A program made the translations under genes and the position numbers. Source: Paraglomus brasilianum (lineage: Eukaryota). From it: DNA of 64,000 nt. Below are positions 53,836 through 64,000 of this stretch, in pieces (the first letter of the stretch is position 1; each line of letters starts with the position of its first letter). The stretch spans positions 1 to 64,000 of the forward strand of contig CAJVPI010000039.1 of NCBI GenBank assembly GCA_910592345.1. The letters run 5' to 3'. The notes under the pieces are model-generated. The model did no database searches. It was not told where the DNA came from and was given only the letters and a program-made list of their open reading frames with translations.

Positions 53836-56800
53836 ATGACAATGGCAGAACCAACGTCAGCCGGAGGTTCAGCTTCAGATCCCAATGCTACAAAGACCGT
53901 GCACTCCTATATTTCTGATCTCCAGGACTTGATCAAAACGGCTCAGGAGAACTGGGGCTTGACAGCCGAAACGCAATTTTCTTCAGACCAATCCCTTGCA
54001 AAATCGACCAAAGCCACGGACTCTGCAAACGGTACAGAAAAGTGAAACTTGGGCATTGCCTAAATATTTCGGCCCGTGAGACTTTATAACGCCAACACGA
54101 AATATTCTTCGAACTTTCCTTAAGCAATTCACCCACTCGGTCCCGTAAATGTTGGTCGGCTAGCAAGTGAATTTAAACAGAGGATTGACGCTGTTCGAAA
54201 CATATTGAAGACTTTCCAGGAAACTACACTCAATCAAGCGAGTCTCGAGTCTAATTTAGACAGTTCATTGAGGAAATTATTGCAGGTACCGCAATGGTTA
54301 ATCATTTTAATATCATGTGGACGATGGGTCAAGAATGTGATGGCTGAACGTGTTTCTTACTCCATTCATAAGAATGAATCAAAGAACTTACGCGCTGTTT
54401 CGGAAGTGCAAGAAAGCATTAAAGTTTGCAAAGCTCTTGCATTGAACGCAACCAAGTATGGCGTGGCCCGCCCTGACATGATTGTAAAACAAATCGAAAG
54501 AGTAGCGGATGATCTTGGGTTAATAGTCACTTGGTTTCTCTTTACTGTTAATTTGTCTGTAAGCGAAGGAACCTTGTTAATTACGGATATTGTAGATTGA
54601 ATTACTTGTTCGACGAAGAAACGCGGTCAACTTCTACGCTTGCAGGACAGCTTATCGTTGTAGATGTAAGTTGTATGATGTTTAACTTTAGGCTGTTGAC
54701 GTTTATACAAGTGAGTCTCGATATAACGACACTGCTATATAACGACATCTTGTTATAACGACAGAAATTTTGGAACAAAAATTTAATATTGCTTAGTTGT
54801 CGTATGTAAGTTAATTCTTGATATAAGGACATTCTCGATATGGTGACCATTTGGATTGGAACCGAGCGTGTCGTTATATCGAGACCCACTTGTATATGTT
54901 TGGGTGATTATGAAATTACATTCTTGTCTTGTGACTTTTCTCTTGTTAATCATAGATAGACTTTGATCCAAAGACGTATGCTATTACTCACGTGAGGTTT
55001 ACTCGTGCGTCTGATAAAGGGGAAGAGAACCAGGTAATGAACATATTATTACCATTCGAACCGTTCGTTATAACCTCATCACTAATACAATTTTTTCCAA
55101 TATAGGTCAACAATCTATTGACGAGCCAATTGAGGTCAGACGAATAAGAATGGATCTGTCTGTATGGATATTATCACCTCAACCCTTTTTAACAAATCTT
55201 ACAGGTCAAAGGATTTAAAATCGTTTAAGACGAATTTGTCTGCACTGGCAAAAATGGATGCTTTGTATAAAATACATTCTGTTGACTTTTATTCGGCTGT
55301 GAAGTGTATTGCCAACGATATCCGTTCGATCTATGAAAAAGAACAGTAAGTGTACGATAATATGATATAGACACTATTTAATTTTATATATTCAGCAACT
55401 TCATTAATTACGTTCATTATCAGCACAGTTTGTATGGGAAACACTCCAAGAATATTGTTAGATGGCCATGGCATTGCACTTAGCGACGTAGATCGGGTTG
55501 GACCATCTATTGCGTACTGGACAGCAAAGTACAACATATTAGAAATAGACTGGACACCATTTGCAGATGTCAATTTAAAAGGTAATACGGAACGCTTTTG
55601 CGGGACTTTGTTGTAAGCTACCTTTTTTACTAATTGGCACGACGGTTGAATATGTAACTAGGCGTTGATCATGATATACTGCGATCGTTTCATCGTTTGT
55701 GGATTAATATAGAAGAATCTCAAGGCGTTAATAAGTTTCTACCTTCCGACAGCAGCCATTATTTGTTGGAAGATGAAGCGAATGAGGATGCATTGAAAGA
55801 GCTGTAAGTAATTCAATGTTTTTATCAGTACAACTCGTACAAGATTTCATTCTATACTTTAAGGTTATAGAGGTGGGTGCTTATCTTATCCGTTTCCGCA
55901 GATACGATATCACTACATCCGATATTACGTTTTCAATATTGCCGACGCCATTGAAATTTATACATCCAAAGGCCAATTCACTGCCATCGGCTCGCGTGCA
56001 TTTCGTCGCAGTACTGGAGCCATCAGTATATGTATCTGATAGTGTGGCTCGAGCTTTGGGCAATCTGGCAGCGATTACTAGCCGAGGTGAATATAGGGCC
56101 GATTTCAATGAACGTAACCATGCATATTAGTGATAACAATGAAAACAATGGCATAAGATACTGACTGCATGTCTATGCGAAATAGGATTTATAGTAAATA
56201 GTGCTTACGAAAAAAGAGACAATAGAGGCTTAGCACTCGAACATCTGCTGGTAAGCTTTAAAATTTTTGAATACAATTTGTCAATGAACAAAATACTCAT
56301 CGATCATTCACAGATACAAGATGCCGTTCCGGAACCAACATTAACAGCCTTAAACAAGGCGCTTAGTCCGGAGACTCGTTGGGAAATGGTTAGTCACTGA
56401 TTACACGATTAATTTTCATACGTTAAGGAGATATTCATTGCCAAGTTTAATAAATGCGTTCTTATCAACAAAACAGCTATTCGAAGACTCAACGTACGTG
56501 CAAGTATATTCGTTCGAGAACCTACTCTTGACTAGTGCAAAGAAGATTCAGCGAATTCCATTCACTCACCCTGATCAAGTATACGGGTTTACAAAGGTAA
56601 TAATAGAATGGGCGTATGAATTGTTTGTTGCAGTATAATTTTCGTGGGGATGTTAACATATTCTGTGCTACATCAATAGCTCTTGAGGCAGCAACTTGTG
56701 TTTAACACACTCTTCCAAAGCTGTTTCAACGCAAGTAGTTATAGAAGCACGCTTTCTACAATGCATTCATGTTTTGAAGCATCTCTTGCAGGTTAGTGAA

Positions 56801-57249
56801 TATGTTTAGATGTCGTAATTCAATATTAATATGTCTAACAAACTCTACCGTTTTAACCTCACCATGTTTACGAAATCCTGGCTTGACGATATACATATGC
56901 AATAGAAGCCCTTTATTCAGTCCCAGCAAGGGTGCATGTTAAAATAGAAACTCAGGATCCGCCCAACCGCATATTTGTTACTCTTCATATAAGTAATGGA
57001 TCATTCATTACTTTACAGATTCATATCGCACCGGAAGATGCTCAACCATATGTAATGTGTCATGCGGATGATATTCAACTGGATCATGCAAGGTTGACAC
57101 GCATATTACAAGCATGTCAGAATATACCAATGCTTGTTCGTTGCATATTAAATGCACTCACTGGAACTATTCCTATGATCACTGAAAGTGAAGCACCGAT
57201 CGATGTCACAATGGAGACCGATCCTGTTGAATTGAATTTTGTGTTGTAA
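53836..57249 (+). CDS. MED1: Mediator complex subunit 1, multi-exon
   Basis: TLAGQLIVVD|ID, F..NL..LAKMD, GHG......GPSIAYW and IPFTHP....LLRQQLVFNTLFQSCF are Med1 signatures. Confidence 0.88.
54708..54892. mobile_element. 185-bp MITE (Tc1/mariner-pogo class) inside a MED1 intron
   Basis: 25-bp TIRs CAAGTGAGTCTCGATATAACGACAC / GTGTCGTTATATCGAGACCCACTTG (1 mismatch), TA on both sides, internal TATAACGAC repeats. Confidence 0.92.
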
Positions 57250-57840
57250 ATTATAATATGGTGAGAACAATACATCAAACTGTCAGCAGACAAGTACCCA
57301 TTATTAGTCGAAAGCAACTACTATATTATTTCGACCAATAATTTATACTACACTTGGAAACAGATGTCTGAGCAAAAGCATCTTTTTCAATCTTTTTTCT
57401 GTTGTTGGTCTGGGGGCGAGCGCCAAAAGAATTTGCCGAGAATGTGTTGCCATAATTGGTTCTCTTGACATCCCAGACTGCATAGCCGCTCTCATATTCG
57501 TCTTTCAATTGCAAATACTTTTGATATCTGTAAACTGATTAATGGCCAGGATAGGCATTGATTGTTGTTCCGCTCGAACAAAATCTCAAAAGGGCAAAAA
57601 ATAAAAATTTGTTTCAGTTAAATTGAGACCGTCATGTTAGCAATTAACAGCATTTCATTCAATTTACGCGACTAATGTTAACATGACCCTTAAAGATTAA
57701 TTCCCAATACCTGACCCAATACCAGCATTTAATTCCATCAGCCTATAATATCCGAATGTTGTATCCACCAATCGGAGATTTTTCATTAAAATGTCACCCA
57801 TAAACTTCGAAAATGTTGATCTTTCGATTTTCTTAATGAA

Positions 57841-59333
57841 ATGAATCAGCTATCATCTCCAACCGAAGCCGCCTCTTTTTTCCGATCAAAGATCGAAGAA
57901 TCATTCCAAAAAACGTCGGCCACATTAAATCAATGGAAAACGTATCTAACTGACTATGAAAACTTACAGAAAACTCTCAAGACACTAGATGAAGAAACCG
58001 AATACAAAGCAATGGTGAGTGATTACGTTATCCGAGATCATATTATAATATGATAGTAATTATAACTCTTTATGACAGGTCCCAATAGGCAAAATGGCAT
58101 TTATGCCAGGGAAGATTGTTCACACGAACGAAATATTGGTGCTACTTGGGGATAATTGGTTTGCAGAACGTTCTGCTAAGCAAGCCATTGAGATAATTGA
58201 GCGTAGATTGGAATGTAAATACACCGACGAAAGAACTGTCTTCTAAATTCTACGTTCTGTTTCTTTGAACTCACGTTTACAATGTCTTTTAATTTGAGTG
58301 GTAAAGAAAACAATAGATGACCTAGAGGTTCAACTTCAGGACCAGTTAACGAAAATCGGGCTGGCTTCTGAAGTCTTGGAAGGCGCTGTTAATAGCACAA
58401 AGGTTAGATGAACTATATGATTATAAACAAAACCTCTTCTGTCTCATGAAATATGATAGTGCTTCACAGTTGAACGAAGAAGGCTTACCATTTGTTGAAA
58501 TTGTCGAAGAATATCATGATGAAAAGACAGAGCAAACTAAAGCCGAAAGTATGTTCTTTTGCTTCCAATGTTATGGTACTACTTACAAGCAATTGATTTC
58601 TTTATTGTTTCAGTTAATGCTATTCGTCAACCAACGCAAACACCAAGTCTATCAGCAGCAGATCATCCATCACTCAGAATTTTTGATACTTTTCTGAAAG
58701 AGGAAGAAGAAGAATTAAGACGAGAGCGAGAACAATTAGATGAAGACACCTCGACAGAGGAGACCGGCGATTCAGACGACGATGAGAACTATGTAGAACA
58801 AGACATATTTGAGTCTTCGGAGGACGATAGCTCCCAAGTGGGGAGAACAGACCCAGTGAGCGCTCTAGTGGACGATAAGTCCCAAATAAGAAGAAAAGAC
58901 CCAGTCAGTGCCGTAGTGGTCGAGAGGGATACGAATACCAACGTCGATATCGATGAACTTGAAAATGAGATCTGGACCCGAGAGGTTTGTAAAGGAATAT
59001 GTTTGTATAACGAGGGAATGAGATAATACATTGTCCGACCCGTTTTTTGTGAACTTTTTTTTTTGTCTTTCGATAACAGTACTAACGATCCGCTTGTTTT
59101 AAAGATTACCTCCGAATATAATCAAAGACGTCAATCTATGATAGCTCAATACGGTGGATTTAATACACCTGTTGAGGTAATCATTTTCTTTTCTCTTTGA
59201 CCCCATTTCTGTCACGCTAATTGACACGTTTACGCGTAATATAAAGGAAAAAGAGGTCCCCCAGGCGGATGACAAACCTCGTAAGAAGATTTCTAGATTT
59301 AGGGCAGCAAGATTGCAAGGTAACTTAGACTGA
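57841..59333 (+). CDS. BUD27: Unconventional prefoldin RPB5 interactor (URI/Bud27), multi-exon
   Basis: AM|VPIGKMAFMPGKIVHTNEILVLLGDNWFAERSAKQA (prefoldin alpha), LNEEGLPFVEIVEE (RPB5-binding region), an acidic tract, and C-terminal KKISRFRAAR URI box. TGA at 59331-59333. Confidence 0.92.
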
Positions 59334-59829
59334 CTGAATGCTTAGTGTTAGTATTAGTGAGAGATAAGGTAAGAGTCTCTTGATATCGCAACAAAGTGAA
59401 TGTACAGACATGCACTGGTGTGGTGAGATAACAACTAGTGCACATAACGTACTCTAATGGCATTCTGTAAGAGACGCGACTCTTAATCATTGCATTTCAT
59501 TTTTTAATTCTATAAAGATAACTCATAAAGGAATGTCTGTTCTCGATAAGATGAAGTCGTCAAATGTTCATATTATCGAAAGATCATTGCAACGAAAGAT
59601 CCCGTTATAACGAAGATCATATTTGAGTCACGTGAAAAATCGTTATATCGAGCGAAAATTTCTTTATTCAGATAATTATTCTATCTTAGAAAAGAATCTA
59701 AGGTGCCTTGTCGCTTCGCTTTTTAAATTTCGAAAGCCAGCCGTCTGATGCACTGAAATTCCCGATATTCGCTAGAGTTGCAAAAGCTATGGCTTTTCTT
59801 CACAAAATATGACTAGATATGACTTGTGA

Positions 59830-59905
59830 GACTTGATTAGCGTGTCTACCCACGTATAAAGAGCTTTTTCAATTACAGGATATGCGGCAATTCGATCGCC
59901 ATACA
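59830..59905 (-). mobile_element. CENP-B/Tc5-type HTH fragment of a pogo-like transposase
   Basis: AAYPVIEKALYTWV matches the YPxxExALxxW HTH motif. TATAACG/CGTTATATCG end-like motifs at 59600-59650. Confidence 0.5.
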
Positions 59906-59989
59906 AAATCAAATCAACCACATCATCAACAACGCATTTACCAGTATTACCAGTAGGAAATAAGAAATTCATATGATTCATGAAGCAAT

Positions 59990-60145
59990 AGACTACATCA
60001 ACAACATACAGCAACCAGTAGAAAGAACACAATCCGATTTCAAAATTAGAACAAACTTACCGTCATTATTACGCATACGTCAAGGCGCAAGAGTAATGTA
60101 CCTAAATAACTCATTAATAGAAAAGAGTATTGCAACGGGACGGAA
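59990..60145 (+). mobile_element. PIF1-family helicase fragment (Helitron remnant)
   Basis: FKIRTNLPSLLRIRQGARVMYLNNSLI resembles the PIF1 LP..L.L..GA.VM...N segment. Confidence 0.6.
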
Positions 60146-60899
60146 TAGTCTGCTGGATATCCTGACAAACATCTGTCAATATAAACTCCATATCGTCAAT
60201 CCATCCATGCTTCTCCATTTCGTTCTCTACATACAGCAGCTAAAAAATCAAGTATGGAAGAAAGCCGCATATGACACCGCTCATATTTTTCATGACGAAA
60301 CGCAACGAATGCAATTCACGCATTTTATTCCCGAAATTGAAGCAATCGAATCTTTTCATTTAACAACATTTGCACGATGTATAATAATTGATTTGTCAAA
60401 TTGATTAATCTCTATAAGCTACAACAAATTATGCACAATTCGCTTCTGATGTTTTCGAGTAAAGATTATTATAGGTCATAATAATGATCGGATCAAACCG
60501 GCTACAAATATTTTATTCTTATTTAGAAAAAAATACATAATAGTACCCTTTTAGAAGAAAAATTTTACGCTAACTTCACTGAACGATGTAGATTAAATTA
60601 CAATACGATAATACGATAGACATCATCAATACGACAGTTGCAAACCGAAGTAATTATTAATTACATGTGAAATTTTTTATACTACCAACGCTCCTGATAT
60701 CACTTCCGATAAAGCTGAAATACTGAAGCTAAATCCAAACGCTCATTTACGATAATATGACTTTACAACGTGGAGGATTTATACTTCAGGTAATATAGAA
60801 GGTATGGACCACACACATAAACTGGAGCCAGTGATGGAAAGATACTACAAGAAAAGCATGACCTTGTGATGTTGAAATGTTTGAAAGATAATGCGGATA

Positions 60900-61716
60900 A
60901 ACTCAACATCCGCTTATATTGTATAATTTTTAGAAAAGAAGAATCTTGCTGTGAAAAGAACAATAAAATTTATATATAGGATTATCCATATATGAAAAAT
61001 AATGAATACAACGGTTCTACTGAATTTGAAAAAGCAATGCGTTTCTTGGAGATAGGTTGCAAATTGGTTGTTCGAAAAAGATCCCAAGAGAAAATTACGT
61101 GAGGCGTTTCAAGCTCTCTCTAGACCCGAGCAAGATATATTTTTAATGGCTCAACTGAAAGCAATGAATGGTGGAGAAATAACTGCCAGCCGATGTTTAA
61201 AAAAGAAAACGCGTACTAATAAAAGAACTTTTTACTATTGGGGTCGCAATACGCCTCTTTGCCAGAAAACGTATCTCAATATGTTAGGAATTGGCCGCAC
61301 TCATTTGGAAAACGCCAGAATAAGAAATCACTTGGCGACGAATGGTATATAAGCCACGTGTTCATGATAATGTAAAAAGAGTGCCGCGATGGAAAACCAA
61401 GATAACCATTGATATAACCGTTGCTACCGCCGTGAAGAATTTTTTTGAGAATTATGCTGAAATTCATGGACTACCAAGTCCTGGTAGAAACGTCAATCGC
61501 ATTACTCAATCGCTTACACTTTTACCCGCCGAAACTAGTTACAAATCAGTCTATCGCGATTTCATTGCAGGTCTCGAAAACGATAGCACGTTGAAATTGT
61601 TAAAATATGATGCGTTTCGCAAGTTATGGCTCCAATTAACACCTTACATTCAAATCATGAACCCAGGAACAGATTTATGCGATACTTGCCCCCGAATGCT
61701 GAAAGCAATGCATTAA
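60900..61716 (+). mobile_element. Frameshifted, 3'-truncated DNA transposase pseudogene (possibly Sola-like)
   Basis: CC..., LCQKTYLNMLGIG, then a frameshift near 61345, then YAEIHGLPSPGR...LLPAETSY..VY...FRKLW...P.I.IMNPGTDLCDTC. It ends before any catalytic core. Confidence 0.65.
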
Positions 61717-62143
61717 TACACGAATATTAGTCTTGCAACCGTTACTTTACTATGGACCATGTCCGATTTATTCAACAGATTAGAAAAGATTGAGCAATCA
61801 TTACCGAGAACAATGAATGCATACTATACTGATTTGCCCAGACTGTCGTATATGAACGGAGCAGTTCTTGTGTATGACACGTTTTATTTTCGCTACGGGC
61901 TGGAAGGGAGAGTTATGATAGATCTTCGAGGATTGACGATTCACCATCGCGTAATACCATCGATAAGCAGTACTTGCATGAGTGTCAGAAATTTTCAATC
62001 GAAGATTTTGAGCAGGCGTAAACTGCACGACTTTATTTCAGAATTCTATTAACTCAACCATATTGACATGCATGAAGCCTATCATATTTACCAGCAATTG
62101 GAAGAGAAGTACACCCGTAAAATAAAACCCGTGAATTGCAAGT

Positions 62144-64000
62144 TTATTCAAGAGTTTGAGTCGCTAAATTATAAGACAATGGACGATGTTAATATTGTAA
62201 ATTCATTCAAATCAACATACAACCAGTTGTTGTTTTCATACCTGCAGCTGAATCCAAATCATGGCTATTTCTTGGTTTGGGCAAATCTCCAGTAGGTAAG
62301 AGTTTACTAGAGTACTTACTCTCCTTCTCGAGACGCGATAGGGGCTTTACATCATTATAATAGATGGTATTCCATGCATTGCTGTCATCAGAATCATCTG
62401 CACTCAACTTTTCAATAAGTTTTTGAAAATAGTCCCAAAAAAGCGTATTTGCATCTGGACGCTTATCAGGATCAGCATCACAACACAACTCAGCAATCTT
62501 TTTATATTCCTCTGGTGCTGAATCAGGTATCATTGGCCGTAGTCCACCCATAATATCACATACTAAGTCTCTATCAAACTGCCTATCTCTAAAAGGTGGT
62601 TCACCAGTGGCCATCAAATACATAATAATACCAAAAGCATATATGTCTGATTTCTGAGTAAATTTGCAAGTATGAAAGACTTCCGGTGCAATAAAGGGTA
62701 AAACGCCTCGAATGGTTGAATTTGACTCGCGTGAATTTACTGATCGTGAGAGGCCAAGATCGCATATCAATGGTGCTGTCTCGGATAAATTATCATGCAA
62801 AACTATGTTTCCGCCATGAAGATCACAATGCACTAATCCTCTATCATGAATAATACACAAATTACGAGCAATATTCCACAAATAATCCAATTTCGTGTAC
62901 CATGTCAATTTGTTTATGTTTTGATCCAAATAAGACAAAAGACTACCGTGGTTAGCATATTGCATAACAATCATATACTCTTTTGTTTCTGGATCTTGTG
63001 TGAGTCCATAAATATCAAGGAATGGCTGACTATTACTATGCTTGTCAATGATGCACTTGGCATGATTTCTGAACTATTAATAAAAATAAATACAACATTA
63101 AATTAAATATCACTTTAATTAATACTACCAATAATTGCTTACCTCAGAAATAAATAATTCCGGCGTTTCATCAAAACTGTTAAACCGTTTGAGAACAACA
63201 GTTTGTGGCATATCCTCTTCTGAATACTTTTTATATTTGGTAGTATAAACTGTTCCATAGCCACCAATTCCAATTTCCTTCATTTCATCAAATTCAGTAT
63301 ACTGGATGTACTTTACATGTTTATTCTTTTGTATAAATTTATCCAATAGTGAGTGTATGTCATGGTAGAACAATAAATAGTATTTTTGAGTAGATGGCTC
63401 TTGAGTAATGCCAATTATCCAAACATTATCTGGTGTTAATATCTTGGGGTATTTGTTTATTAGCTATTTGAGTAAATAATCAATGTCAAAACAAGTGATA
63501 TGCACTTATCAATTGTATTGTTTATATGTGAAATAATTACCTGATAAAAATCAAACGACTGATCATCCCATTCATCAACTATCTTTTTGAGTGTCACTTG
63601 TGTCAATTCATTTGTTGTTGGTTCTGACCAATCTGCTGTATTAGTATGTGTGCAATCGTGGCTCTGTTGTACATTTGTCAATAGAGAGTATTCAATCCAT
63701 TGTATGTATGCATCTTGTTCCTTCTTAATATTCTCCCATGATTCCATAATAAATGAATCCAAAGATTTGTTGCCAGTAGTCCAATCTAGTGGTCTTGGTG
63801 CTTTACACCAATAACAGAATGCATTTATCTTAGATTTGAATTGCTCTGCACATGCTAGACATATTCCAATCTCATCTTCTTGTTTCATTAGGTAATACTT
63901 TTGTTCACTTGCTTTGTATGTATATCCAATGATAACCCAAACATCTTTGGTAAGGATATCTGGATGCCCATCAAATAACTAGTGGAAATAATATGCCAAT
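62144..64000 (-). CDS. TKL-family kinase, paralogue of the 983-3579 gene; 5' end lies outside the window
   Basis: Same exon structure (acceptor near 63979; introns after DFYQ, LFISE and DSAA). GIGGYGTVY, HCDLHGGN, DLG, GVLPFIAPE. High nucleotide similarity by eye, including introns. Confidence 0.9.

Noticed and set aside
57326..57530. Short minus-strand open frame (YLQLKDEYESGYAVWDVK) between MED1 and URI
   Set aside because: An acceptor-like site exists, but there is no upstream exon or recognisable family.
34600..59333. Functional cluster of Pol II factors (TFIIS-like, MED1, URI) or of mitochondrial RNA genes (PPR, DusA)
   Set aside because: The genes are interspersed with unrelated loci, and co-location is compatible with chance without synteny data.
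1..64000. tRNA, rRNA or snRNA genes
   Set aside because: GGTTCGA-like words near 13269 and 36496 lack a cloverleaf. No RNA gene was recognised by eye; an Infernal/tRNAscan run is needed to exclude them.

Overview
Eukaryotic, AT-rich, intron-rich fungal DNA with short GT-AG introns. The expanded tyrosine-kinase-like (TKL) kinases with WTSGN..D.FI..EWI leaders, the BTB protein and the HMG-like remnant point to an early-diverging fungus, most likely Glomeromycotina; this is inferred, not proven. Genes I could reconstruct by hand: four TKL kinases (two paralogues carrying tandem kinase N-lobe repeats, one likely pseudokinase, one with an N-myristoylation motif), an RCMT9-like RNA m5C methyltransferase, phytochelatin synthase, a BTB/POZ protein, a TFIIS central-domain protein, a Pil1/Lsp1-like eisosome protein, an orphan two-TM protein, a mitochondrial PPR protein, a Cdc4-like WD40 protein without an F-box, a DusA-type dihydrouridine synthase, MED1 and URI/Bud27. 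Intergenic DNA holds a TIR-bounded Tc1 element, a foldback element, an intronic MITE and decayed pogo, Helitron and other transposase fragments. Most notable: (1) tandem half-kinase (N-lobe) arrays near a pseudokinase/myristoylated-kinase pair; (2) an F-box-less Cdc4 with an intact phosphodegron pocket; (3) one in-frame TAG in an otherwise intact DusA gene; (4) a phytochelatin synthase with a presequence-like N-terminus; (5) a homopolymer frameshift in the Pil1-like gene. All family assignments come from recognised motifs; no database searches were run.
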